From an uncultured Burkholderiales bacterium (lineage in GTDB: Bacteria; Actinomycetota; Acidimicrobiia; IMCC26256; JAGPDB01), in NCBI GenBank assembly GCA_964391505.1, contig CAYMMG010000005.1:19676-83675 (forward strand): a DNA stretch of 64,000 bases. The letters run 5' to 3'. Positions 17,238-26,598 of the stretch are shown here, in pieces (the first letter of the stretch is position 1; each line of letters starts with the position of its first letter). A model generated the notes under the pieces. It ran no database searches. It had not been told where the DNA came from and worked only from the letters and a program-made list of their open reading frames with translations. A program made the translations under genes and the position numbers.

Positions 17238-19991
17238 GTGGCAATTCGTGGTGTAAAAGACAAGCTGGTTCCGTTACCTTCATTTGTCAAGAAACTTACT
17301 GAAACGATAACCAACACAGCGCACCGAGCATCAGAAAAAATACGTCATGATCCTTTTGGCGCTACAAGGAATTTAGCCACATTTGTGGGAGTCGCTGGAT
17401 GCATCCTTCTGGTGTGGCTCGCATTGCAACCCAGCCTTATCTTTACGAACACAACCCCTACGGGCGGTGATATGGGTGCTCATGTTTGGTGGTCTGCTTT
17501 CATGCGTGACTTCTTGTTGCCGAACGGCCGCCTTTTTGGTTGGTCGATGGATAACTATTCTGGGTTTCCTGCCGGACAATACTATTTTCCTGTTCCCGCG
17601 GTTATGGTCGTTATCCTAGATATTTTTCTTCCCTATAACATTGCATTTAAGCTTGTTACAGTCATAGGTTCCGTTGCCCTACCTCTTGCGGCATACATTC
17701 TGGGTCGAAGCATTAAAGTCCCCAAACCCATTCCTATGTTGATGGCATTTGCGGCCACACTCTTCTTATTTTTTACAGGTGATCCACGAGGGACATCAAC
17801 CGCATCAACAGTTGCTGATTACAACAATGCAAACTTTAATCATCACATTATGGGCGGCCCTCTGCTTTCTTCAATGGCGGGAGAGTTTTCTTTTTCGATT
17901 GCATTAGTTTTTGCACTTCTCTTCCTTTCTGCATTCTTCGTGATGTTGCGAGATGGTAAATATCGCTGCTGGGTGGCAATTCTCTTTGCGTTAACTGTCA
18001 TGAGTCACCTAGTTGTCGCAATTTTTTTGGGCATTGCTACACTCGTTTTTTGGGGTGCAAGCTACATCGCGCGCAAAGGCATTGTCCGTTGGTTGGGGTA
18101 CGCACTCCTTCTCTGGGTGTGCGTATTTGCATTGTGTATTGGTTCGATCGGCAGATACTTCTTTGATCACACTACCGAAACTTCACTGATTTTTGTAGCG
18201 ATTGCCACACTGCTTATTGTGGCGCTCGTCGTCTACGGTTTTATTAAAGACCGAATACATACGATAGGAGTGGCCAGAGATACCATCCCTCTTCTCATTG
18301 GATTTCTTCTATCAAGCATATGGCTTCTTCCTCTTCTCGCACGTTTTGGTTACACCTCGAACATGCGATACGAAAAACTCGTTGATCTTCCTTCCACGCA
18401 AGGTGTTAATGAAGTGTACGAACTTTACATTGCGCCCAATTATTTTCTCTGGCCTGTTTTTATTCCAGCAGCAATCGGTTTCGTTCTATCTGCCACCTTT
18501 TTTCGAAAAAGTATTATTCCTCTCATTGTCACAGCAGTGGCAATGGCAGTGGTCTTTGTGAATTGGCCAGAAGGTCACGCATGGAACCTTCGTTTTTTGC
18601 CGTTCTGGTATCTCTTCATTTTTCTTGTTGCAGCGGTTGGCTATGGGGAAATGATACGACTTCCAGGGATGTTAATTTCACGTAGTGCTTACGTTTTTAA
18701 AAATCGCAACGTCCTACTTGCGACAAAAATATTGCGTACGGGTATCTCCATTGCAACAGTAGTTATTTTCTTTGTACTTCTCGTTGGTGTAGGCAGCACT
18801 CCGAAAGATGCACTCAGTTGTCTGAGTGTGGACACGCGCGATTATCCTGATCGACGAGGCTACGCACATTCCTGGGCAAGGTATAACTTTGAAGGATACG
18901 AGCGAAAACCTCAAGCCGCAGATTGCGGTATACGGCCAAAAAAAGCTCCGGTATATAATTCCTCGATCGAGTTCAAAAGCCTGATGGATGAAATGAAAAA
19001 ATTGCCTGCTGGCCGCGCATTATGGGAAACAAGTAAGGGAGCGTATGGAACTACTTTGGCGCTCACCCTCTTGCCTTATTACACAGATCATCGCATAGCG
19101 TCTCAAGAAGGGTTGTACTACGAGGCAGCTGGGTCAACTGCTTACCACTTCTTAACTGTTGCTGAAGTTTCGCAATCGCCATCAAACCCCATGCGCTGGC
19201 CAAGGTGTGAAACGAAGCGCGACGGAACAAAAAAAGTGCCAACATGTTTTGATTCGTACTACGGAACGATCTCGGATTTCTCTCGAGGTGTTGAGCATAT
19301 GAAAATGATGGGTGTCACTTATTATTTGGCTAACACCGAAGAAGCAAAAACCGCGGCAAATGCGCAAAGTGATCTGACGTTAATCGCGCAGGTGGAGGAT
19401 CGTGACGATCTGGATCCTTTTGGTTGGAATATCTATCGCATTGAGGGTTCTTCTGTTGTGGAGCCTTTAGCTCATGATCCGGTTGTCATTACAGATAAGT
19501 CTGAACCAAAAGATTGGGCTCAAAGCGGAAACAAGTGGCTGTACGACTGGTTCGTTGCAGTCGGAGAATACCCTGTATTCACCAACGATGGACCCAAATC
19601 ATGGAAACACGAAACATCTTCTCGTGCTCTCGCCCGTCCACTTTCGACGGCTCAGCAGCAAGAAAAAGCGAATGTAAAAGTGTCGAAAGTAAAAATTAAA
19701 CAAGACTCAGTGAGTTTTCATGTGGACAAAGTAGGGGAACCTGTCCTCGTCAAAGTTTCGTACTATCCAACATTTTCCGCCACGGGAGCTGAGACAATCT
19801 ATCGAGCCAGTCCGAACTCTATGGTGGTTATTCCCACAAAGAATGATGTGACTATTTCTATCAAGCGCGATGGCGTGGAATGGATTGCCAACCTTGCATT
19901 TCTTGTTGGAATTATTGGATGTATCCTCATGAAAATGTCACAAAAGCAGCGATTTAAGCAGCTATCGGCTTTACTAGGTCCAAAACATTAG
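17238..19991 (+). CDS. large polytopic membrane protein, possible GT-C type glycosyl/mannosyltransferase
   Basis: 917 aa, GTG start. About 14 hydrophobic segments are followed by a ~350-aa soluble domain and a C-terminal TM. It sits in the mannose-activation context. The function is inferred only. Confidence 0.5.
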   Translation: MAIRGVKDKLVPLPSFVKKLTETITNTAHRASEKIRHDPFGATRNLATFVGVAGCILLVWLALQPSLIFTNTTPTGGDMGAHVWWSAFMRDFLLPNGRLFGWSMDNYSGFPAGQYYFPVPAVMVVILDIFLPYNIAFKLVTVIGSVALPLAAYILGRSIKVPKPIPMLMAFAATLFLFFTGDPRGTSTASTVADYNNANFNHHIMGGPLLSSMAGEFSFSIALVFALLFLSAFFVMLRDGKYRCWVAILFALTVMSHLVVAIFLGIATLVFWGASYIARKGIVRWLGYALLLWVCVFALCIGSIGRYFFDHTTETSLIFVAIATLLIVALVVYGFIKDRIHTIGVARDTIPLLIGFLLSSIWLLPLLARFGYTSNMRYEKLVDLPSTQGVNEVYELYIAPNYFLWPVFIPAAIGFVLSATFFRKSIIPLIVTAVAMAVVFVNWPEGHAWNLRFLPFWYLFIFLVAAVGYGEMIRLPGMLISRSAYVFKNRNVLLATKILRTGISIATVVIFFVLLVGVGSTPKDALSCLSVDTRDYPDRRGYAHSWARYNFEGYERKPQAADCGIRPKKAPVYNSSIEFKSLMDEMKKLPAGRALWETSKGAYGTTLALTLLPYYTDHRIASQEGLYYEAAGSTAYHFLTVAEVSQSPSNPMRWPRCETKRDGTKKVPTCFDSYYGTISDFSRGVEHMKMMGVTYYLANTEEAKTAANAQSDLTLIAQVEDRDDLDPFGWNIYRIEGSSVVEPLAHDPVVITDKSEPKDWAQSGNKWLYDWFVAVGEYPVFTNDGPKSWKHETSSRALARPLSTAQQQEKANVKVSKVKIKQDSVSFHVDKVGEPVLVKVSYYPTFSATGAETIYRASPNSMVVIPTKNDVTISIKRDGVEWIANLAFLVGIIGCILMKMSQKQRFKQLSALLGPKH

Positions 19992-20002
19992 ACTTAATCT
20001 CT

Positions 20003-21364
20003 GTGACAGAAACAACTTCAGCAAACCTCGATACCGTCTTCAAAGCTTATGATGTTCGTGGCCTCTACCCCGGAGATTGGGATGCCTCCCTTGCACGATT
20101 GATCGGCAATGCCTTTGTCCGCTACCTCAATGCCGATTCCATTGTTGTTGGCCATGATATGCGAACATCCTCACCTGCGTTGGCTCATGCCTTTATTGAA
20201 GGTGCGACTCTCGCGGGAGCGGACGTTGTCTCTATTGGCTTGGCGTCGACGGACATGCTTTATTTCGCGAGTGGTCAAATGCAAATGGCTGGGGCCATGA
20301 TCACCGCATCACATAATCCCGCTGAATACAACGGATTGAAGATGTGCCGGGCATCTGCTGCACCTATTGGTGAAGATACGGGACTTAATCAAATTAAAGC
20401 GGCTGTTGCTACTGGGTTGATTGAGCGAGCAGAAGAAATGGGAGAAGTAACGGAGAAAAATTTATTAGATGATTTCCGAAACCATTGCCTTTCGTTTATT
20501 GATCCGGATTCCATTTCGCGTTTGAGCGTGGTTGCTGATACTGCAAATGGGATGGGGGGGCTCGTTGTCCCTTACATTTTTGATTCACTCGATTGTTCTC
20601 TCGATGTACTCTTCGGTGAACTCGACGGAACTTTTCCCAATCATCCAGCTGATCCAATTCAGCCGGAAAACCTTAAGGATCTTCAACGCAGAGTTGTTGA
20701 AACGGGGGCCGATGTTGGGCTGGCCTTCGATGGAGACGCTGATCGCGTATTTCTGGTAGATGACCTCGGACAAACGCTTGGCGGTTTTATCACGGTTGCT
20801 CTCGTAGCTCAAGCCCTCTTGGTTAAATATCCGGGTGAATCAATTGTCTACAATCTCATCTGTTCTCATTCAGTCCCTGAAACCATCAATGCGTGCGGTG
20901 GTAAAGCAATCCGAACGCGCGTTGGGCATAGTTTTATCAAACAAGTAATGGCTGATTCAGGAGCAATCTTTGGAGGGGAACATTCCGGTCACTACTACTT
21001 CCGAGATAATTTCAAAGCCGACTCAGGATTGATTGCTGCGTTAATGGTTCTTGAAGTGATCGCGAATTCAGGTATGAAACTTTCTGTATTGCGAAAACAA
21101 TTTGAAACATACTCTCAGAGCGGTGAAGTGAATTCACGAGTCGGTGATGTTGCGCAAGCAGTTGATCGTGTAAAAAAGACATATAGCGATTACAAGATGG
21201 ATGAACTTGATGGCTTGACCATCGAAGACGCTACCTGGTGGTGCAATGTGCGTCCTAGTAACACGGAACCTCTTGTACGACTCAACGTAGAAGCCGACAC
21301 GCAGGAGTTGTGCGACGAAAAAACGCGTGAACTTCTCAGCGTTATTCGTGGAGAGAGTGCATGA
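20003..21364 (+). CDS. manB: phosphomannomutase/phosphoglucomutase
   Basis: 453 aa with the TASHNPAEYNG active-site Ser loop, FDGDADR Mg site and GGEHSGH sugar-binding loop. Confidence 0.9.
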   Translation: MTETTSANLDTVFKAYDVRGLYPGDWDASLARLIGNAFVRYLNADSIVVGHDMRTSSPALAHAFIEGATLAGADVVSIGLASTDMLYFASGQMQMAGAMITASHNPAEYNGLKMCRASAAPIGEDTGLNQIKAAVATGLIERAEEMGEVTEKNLLDDFRNHCLSFIDPDSISRLSVVADTANGMGGLVVPYIFDSLDCSLDVLFGELDGTFPNHPADPIQPENLKDLQRRVVETGADVGLAFDGDADRVFLVDDLGQTLGGFITVALVAQALLVKYPGESIVYNLICSHSVPETINACGGKAIRTRVGHSFIKQVMADSGAIFGGEHSGHYYFRDNFKADSGLIAALMVLEVIANSGMKLSVLRKQFETYSQSGEVNSRVGDVAQAVDRVKKTYSDYKMDELDGLTIEDATWWCNVRPSNTEPLVRLNVEADTQELCDEKTRELLSVIRGESA

Positions 21365-21636
21365 GTCACGGTAACATCGATGGTGAAAGCTCGACTCAAG
21401 AGCTAAGCGTGACGCTGCTAGATCTGCTTGTATGTCCTCTCGACCATCAAACACTTGCGTATATTTCCTCGGAAAATGTTCTGTACAATCCTCGGTTAAA
21501 AAAAAGTTTTGAAATTCGTCAAGGTATCCCAGTGATGCTCGTTGAAGAGTCGACCGACGTTGATGATGCAACACATGAAAAATATATGAATTCTGTCGTG
21601 CGCTACACCGGACCGCGCGATGTACACGCCATGTAA
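21361..21636 (+). CDS. Trm112 family protein
   Basis: 91 aa with LLVCPLDHQ...IRQGIPVMLVEES, as in Trm112/DUF343. ATGA overlap with manB. Confidence 0.7.
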   Translation: MSHGNIDGESSTQELSVTLLDLLVCPLDHQTLAYISSENVLYNPRLKKSFEIRQGIPVMLVEESTDVDDATHEKYMNSVVRYTGPRDVHAM

Positions 21637-21648
21637 TCATTGTAGTAG

Positions 21649-21774
21649 TTAGGGTTGTTCCTGGTGCTAGGAGTAGCGACTAAGCAGCAGGTGCGGCCCT
21701 CCTACCTAATTTAGGGTTGTACCTTGGAAACGAGATGATTACGGCGAGGTACAATACAAGGTGCGACCCTCCCC
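21649..21774 (-). repeat. family A intergenic element: two adjacent hairpin-only units in inverted orientation (21649-21702, 21710-21774)
   Basis: TTAGGGTTGTTCCTGG..CAGGTGCGGCCCTCC and TTTAGGGTTGTACCTTGG..CAAGGTGCGACCCTCCCC. These are reverse complements of the GGGAGGGCCGCACC...GGAACGACCCTAAA core seen elsewhere. Confidence 0.85.
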
Positions 21775-21811
21775 AAAGCACGAAAAGATCTAAATAGTAA
21801 AGAGAGATAAG

Positions 21812-22840
21812 ATGGATTCAATTAATTTCCTAGGAATGACGCATTCATTTCCCGAGCAATTTCGAGAAGCCCTAGACAAGGCGCAAAATGTTGACGTTTC
21901 CGCTATAGACGGATCGGTTATCACGAACATCATCGTCTTAGGTATGGGTGGATCTGGTGTTAGTGGCGACATTGTATCGGCGACTTTGAGCCCGACGTGT
22001 TCGATCCCCGTATTCGTGTCCAAGAATTATGAACTCCCTGCTTTTGTCAACGAAGAAACGCTTGTCATTGCAGCAAGTTATTCAGGCACGACAGAAGAAA
22101 CTTTGAGTGCAGTTGCTACTGCTCAAGAAAAGCGAGCGCCCATGATTGCGATATGTTCAGGGGGTACCCTGGCAGAAATCGTAGAAAAATCCTCTTCACC
22201 CTGCGTGCGATACGAAGCTCCTCAGGGCCTGCAACCTCGGGCTACTATGGCGGCACTTATTGCTCCTATTTTTGTTGCACTCGATAAGCTCGGCATTTTT
22301 CCTGAAGGTATTAAGCAGTGCGAATCTGCAATTCGACAAGCAACGAAGCGTCGAGATGAATGTATCGACCCGCAGGGTGATCACATTGCATCAGAACTTG
22401 TTACGCGAATATCGACCACGATTCCTGTTATCTATGGCGGTGGTGCAATAGGTGCTGCTGCTGCTTATCGTTTTAAATGTGATGTAAACGAAAATGCGAA
22501 GTCGCCTGCATACTGGCATGTGTATCCTGAACTGAATCACAACGAGATTGTGGGTTATGGACAGCATGGAGATGTCACTCGGCAATTGTTTACTTTGGTT
22601 GAACTTCGTCACGACTATGAGCACAAGCAGGTTCAGCGTCGCTTTGACATCACGCGCGAACTCATTCGCGAAACGCTTCATGATGTTATTGAAGTGCGAG
22701 CCCAAGGCGACACCGCTCTTGCCCAGTTGTGTGACCTTACTTATATCGGATCACTTGCGAGTGTATATATGGCACTCAATGCTGATGTCGATCCTGGTCC
22801 TGTCGATGTGATTTGGGAACTGAAGAACGCACTTGCTTGA
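21812..22840 (+). CDS. SIS-domain bifunctional phosphoglucose/phosphomannose isomerase
   Basis: 342 aa with a GMGGSG SIS motif and SYSGTTEET motif. It follows manB as in other actinobacteria. Confidence 0.75.
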   Translation: MDSINFLGMTHSFPEQFREALDKAQNVDVSAIDGSVITNIIVLGMGGSGVSGDIVSATLSPTCSIPVFVSKNYELPAFVNEETLVIAASYSGTTEETLSAVATAQEKRAPMIAICSGGTLAEIVEKSSSPCVRYEAPQGLQPRATMAALIAPIFVALDKLGIFPEGIKQCESAIRQATKRRDECIDPQGDHIASELVTRISTTIPVIYGGGAIGAAAAYRFKCDVNENAKSPAYWHVYPELNHNEIVGYGQHGDVTRQLFTLVELRHDYEHKQVQRRFDITRELIRETLHDVIEVRAQGDTALAQLCDLTYIGSLASVYMALNADVDPGPVDVIWELKNALA

Positions 22841-22870
22841 TTTTCCAGAATCATTAAGCGAGGTTTAGTA

Positions 22871-23449
22871 ATGATTGATCAGCCTGATACTCGATATGAC
22901 CCCGTGCTCATGCGCGATGGGGATTCACGTAATGTTGTGGACAAATACAAAACATGGACCGAACAAGCCATAGTTGAGGATTTGGATCGTACCCGCGCAC
23001 CTCTTCATGTGGCCGTAGAGAATTGGGAGAAAGATCTCAATCTTGGAACCATAACGCGAAGCGCAAATGCATTTAACGTTTCAGGGTTTCATATTGTGGG
23101 CGAGAAAAAATGGAACCGTAGGGGTGCAATGGCAACGTATAGGTATGTTCATGTGTACCATCACGAAAGTGTCTCCGAACTTCATGCTTATTGTCAGGTT
23201 CATGACCTCAGTCTTATGGGGATCGATAACTGCGAAACATCTGTACCAATCGAGGGCACTGTTTTTCCTGCAAACACAATGCTGCTGTTTGGAAATGAAG
23301 GAATTGGGCTTACCGCGCAAGCAAAGCAACTTTGTGAAAATATATATGAGATCAGTATGTCAGGTTCGACGCGTTCTCTTAATTCTTCGGTTGCTGCAGG
23401 AATCGCTATGTACCACTGGCAAGCTCACCACGCTGAGATCGATAAATAG
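22871..23449 (+). CDS. TrmH/SpoU family RNA 2'-O-methyltransferase
   Basis: 192 aa with LLFGNEGIGLT and SLNSSVAAGIAMY motifs. Confidence 0.75.
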   Translation: MIDQPDTRYDPVLMRDGDSRNVVDKYKTWTEQAIVEDLDRTRAPLHVAVENWEKDLNLGTITRSANAFNVSGFHIVGEKKWNRRGAMATYRYVHVYHHESVSELHAYCQVHDLSLMGIDNCETSVPIEGTVFPANTMLLFGNEGIGLTAQAKQLCENIYEISMSGSTRSLNSSVAAGIAMYHWQAHHAEIDK

Positions 23450-23461
23450 TTAGGAATTACA

Positions 23462-24907
23462 GTGACATCAGTACTTACTGAAAAAGATTTCAAAGTAGCC
23501 GATCTTTCTCTTGCTGAGTTTGGACGCAAGGAGATCGAGTTAGCTCAAGTCGAGATGCCGGGCCTCATGGCGTTACGCGAAAAATTTCGGGAACAGCAGC
23601 CACTCAAGGGTGCTCGTATTACAGGTTCGCTTCATATGACAATTCAAACTGCTGTGCTCATCGAAACATTAGTTGAACTTGGTGCAAATGTACGGTGGGC
23701 AAGCTGCAATATTTTTTCTACGCAAGATCATGCGGCAGCTGCAATCGCGGTAGGACCTGCTGGTTCTGTCGAGGATCCTCAAGGCGTTCCCATTTTCGCT
23801 TGGAAAGACGAATCTCTTGAAGAATATTGGTGGTGTACACAACAGGCGTTGACGTGGGAAGGCACCGACGGTCCGACCATGATTCTGGACGACGGGGGAG
23901 ATGCCACGCTTCTCGTTCATAAAGGAGCACAAGCAGAAGCTCAAGGTCAGATAGACGAATACGATAATAGTGATCCTGTAGAGATGAAATATATCCTCGC
24001 CACTATTGAAGGTTCGCTATCACTCGATGAATCCTTTTACTCCCGTTGTCTTAAATCGATCGTAGGGGTGAGTGAAGAAACAACTACGGGGGTGCACCGG
24101 CTTTATCGGATGGCTGAAGATGGTATATTGGCATTTCCTGCAATCAATGTGAACGATTCGGTGACTAAATCTAAGTTCGACAATCTCTATGGATGTAGAC
24201 ATTCGTTGGTGGACGGGATCTGTCGTGCAACCGATGTGATGCTTGCAGGTAAAACAGTTGTCGTATGTGGGTATGGTGATGTTGGTAAGGGATGCGCGCA
24301 ATCTCTCCGTGGACAGGGTGCACGCGTACTCATTACAGAAATTGATCCAATCTGCGCACTACAGGCTGCAATGGAAAGCTATGAAGTTGTTCGTCTCGAC
24401 GACGTTGTGCAAAAAGGCGACCTTTTTGTGACGGCGACGGGAAATAAGGACATTATTACTTTTGAGCACATGAAGAAGATGAAAAATAACGCCATTGTGG
24501 GCAATATTGGTCACTTTGATAATGAAATTGATGTGGCAGGTCTTTACTCTGATAAATCAGTTGTTCGAACCAACATCAAACCTCAAGTTGATCAATTTAC
24601 GTTTGCGGATGGCAAAAACATTATTCTGCTTGCCGAAGGTCGACTCTTAAATCTTGGGTGCGCCACGGGGCACCCAAGCTTTGTGATGTCGACAAGCTTC
24701 TCAAACCAAGTTTTAGCCCAAATAGAACTTTTTACTGAGTCGTATGAAATTGGTGTTCATACGCTTTCGAAAAAGTTAGATGAAGACGTCGCTCGTTTGC
24801 ATCTTGAAAAGCTGGGCGTGCACTTGACTGAATTAACAGACGAGCAGTCAAGTTATCTCGGTATTGACGTGGATGGACCCTACAAGCCAGACCACTATCG
24901 TTATTAA
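23462..24907 (+). CDS. ahcY: adenosylhomocysteinase
   Basis: 481 aa with [14 protein letters not shown], the [11 protein letters not shown] site and a C-terminal YRY. Confidence 0.95.
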   Translation: MTSVLTEKDFKVADLSLAEFGRKEIELAQVEMPGLMALREKFREQQPLKGARITGSLHMTIQTAVLIETLVELGANVRWASCNIFSTQDHAAAAIAVGPAGSVEDPQGVPIFAWKDESLEEYWWCTQQALTWEGTDGPTMILDDGGDATLLVHKGAQAEAQGQIDEYDNSDPVEMKYILATIEGSLSLDESFYSRCLKSIVGVSEETTTGVHRLYRMAEDGILAFPAINVNDSVTKSKFDNLYGCRHSLVDGICRATDVMLAGKTVVVCGYGDVGKGCAQSLRGQGARVLITEIDPICALQAAMESYEVVRLDDVVQKGDLFVTATGNKDIITFEHMKKMKNNAIVGNIGHFDNEIDVAGLYSDKSVVRTNIKPQVDQFTFADGKNIILLAEGRLLNLGCATGHPSFVMSTSFSNQVLAQIELFTESYEIGVHTLSKKLDEDVARLHLEKLGVHLTELTDEQSSYLGIDVDGPYKPDHYRY

Positions 24908-24957
24908 CGGAGGTCTGACCTCCCGGAAGTGTCGTAGGTGGGTTCTATTCTTGAGAT

Positions 24958-25515
24958 GTGACGTGTACGTTATGTGACCCCCTTCGATCGATACAGCAGT
25001 TCCATGTGCGTTCCTTTTCGGATTCTGCGCTCCAGGCACATATATGGATGTACGATTATGAAGATTCACGCGATTTTTTACGCCGTGCGAAATACGGTGG
25101 TGAATCTATCCACTATGCGCATCACAAAGATTTACTGGCTCAAGCAATTTCTGCTTGGTGTGACATTGATTCGACATTTCTTGCGACTTATGTGCCCACG
25201 ATTTCCTCGCATGTTCGTGCACGCGGTCGTGACCATGCCCAAGTTCTCAGCAAACAGGTGGCTCGAATTCTAGGTATTCCACACGAGGGCGCCTTGCTGG
25301 CTACGCACAGTCATGCACAAGCGCGAGCAGGAATACAGCACAGGCGGCGCAATCCTCATTATGTGTGTAGCGGCAGCATGCTTGATAAAACAATAATTTT
25401 GCTGGATGATATTGCCACCACGCGAACGTCACTTACGAATGCTGCACATGCACTCAAAAAGGTTGGCGCACGAAAAATAATCGGTGTTACATATGCTTAT
25501 CGGTATAAAAAATAA
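24958..25515 (+). CDS. comF: ComF family phosphoribosyltransferase-domain protein
   Basis: 185 aa, GTG start, with the IILLDDIATTRTS PRTase motif. It lies in the conserved comF-hpf-secA order. Confidence 0.65.
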   Translation: MTCTLCDPLRSIQQFHVRSFSDSALQAHIWMYDYEDSRDFLRRAKYGGESIHYAHHKDLLAQAISAWCDIDSTFLATYVPTISSHVRARGRDHAQVLSKQVARILGIPHEGALLATHSHAQARAGIQHRRRNPHYVCSGSMLDKTIILLDDIATTRTSLTNAAHALKKVGARKIIGVTYAYRYKK

Positions 25516-25643
25516 AACTTTTTTCTTCCATTTGGCGCACTATCCGCAAAGAAGCCGATGGAGCGCGACTACGAAAAAAAAGAGGTAAAGAGTGAGCTCC
25601 GATGTTCCGTATCTAGAAATGAATCTAACAAAAAGAGCTTGGT

Positions 25644-25871
25644 ATGGAATTCAAAACCTCACATACAGAACAATGTCAGTGGCCTCAGGTCGAGATTGCT
25701 ATGAGCGCTGCTGAGGCTTTTGTCGCGGAGCTCTTCGACCAAGCGGATAACGATGTCATGTATCATCATCCCATCTCCTCTGTTCGTTATGCACTGGCCC
25801 GCGATCACCGTTCGATGTATAAACCAGAGGAAATCGCCGAAAGCATTTTGGCCTGGTCAGGTGCGCTCTAG
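25644..25871 (+). CDS. hypothetical small protein
   Basis: 75-aa ORF and the only candidate in a 400-bp gap. No motif found. Confidence 0.3.
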   Translation: MEFKTSHTEQCQWPQVEIAMSAAEAFVAELFDQADNDVMYHHPISSVRYALARDHRSMYKPEEIAESILAWSGAL

Positions 25872-25912
25872 CGGGACTATGATGGCATCACTATCGAAGT
25901 TAAGGGGGACGA

Positions 25913-26485
25913 GTGGACATCACCGTTCATGAAAAACATACTCACGTACCGCAAAATATTAAAGACCTTGCTGTTGAAAAGTTGGACAAAATTACTCGCT
26001 TTGTTCACGACGCTCATCATGTCGAAGTGGACTTTATTGAACAGGCTTCCAAGAATCCCGAGCAGCGTTTCGTCTGTGAAGTTACGGTGCAGTGTAAGAG
26101 AAACTTTCTCAAAGCTCATGCAGAGGGAGTCGATGCTGCCATTGCTTTAGATGGCGCGATTGACAAAGTGGAGCACCAAGCTCAAAAACTCAAGTCTCGT
26201 CGAGTTTCTCGATTTCATCCCCGCAAGCGCGATTCTCGAACCCATGCAATGATTCCTGATGAAGATTTGGCGGCACTCTTATCGGAACAAGAACCTGATC
26301 AAGAGGCAATGATCGTTCGGGTGAAAGAGCTTGACGTTAAACCCATGGCTGTTGAAGAAGCAGCTCTCCAGATGGATCTACTGGGACATGATTTTTTCGT
26401 TTTTCAGAATGCCGATGATGCTCGATTTTCCGTTATGTATCGACGGAAAGATGGACATCTCGGGATGATTTCGCCTTCATCGTAA
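25913..26485 (+). CDS. hpf: ribosome hibernation promoting factor (long HPF)
   Basis: 190 aa. N-terminal sigma54-modulation/RaiA-like domain plus a C-terminal dimerisation domain (MDLLGHDFFVFQN...YRRKDG). Confidence 0.85.
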   Translation: MDITVHEKHTHVPQNIKDLAVEKLDKITRFVHDAHHVEVDFIEQASKNPEQRFVCEVTVQCKRNFLKAHAEGVDAAIALDGAIDKVEHQAQKLKSRRVSRFHPRKRDSRTHAMIPDEDLAALLSEQEPDQEAMIVRVKELDVKPMAVEEAALQMDLLGHDFFVFQNADDARFSVMYRRKDGHLGMISPSS

Positions 26486-26500
26486 ACTGTTGCTTACGGA

Positions 26501-26578
26501 ACAACTGAATGAACTGCTGTTGGTTGGTTGTTTGGGGAGGGCCGCACCTGCTGCTTCGCACCAGGAACGACCCTAAAT
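26501..26578 (+). repeat. family A intergenic element, full unit
   Basis: ACAACTGAATGAACTGCTG...TTTGGGGAGGGCCGCACCTGCTGCTTCGCACCAGGAACGACCCTAAAT. It starts 15 nt after the hpf stop. Confidence 0.9.
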
Positions 26579-26598
26579 ATCTAGTAACGTTATAGGCC

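Noticed and set aside
23450-23461. SAH riboswitch upstream of ahcY.
   Set aside because: Only 12 nt separate the TrmH-family gene and ahcY, so there is no room for a riboswitch.
24908-24930. GGAGGTC-T-GACCTCC palindrome after ahcY as a terminator.
   Set aside because: The usable stem is only 5 bp, no U-tract follows, and comF starts about 30 nt downstream. The evidence is too weak to call.
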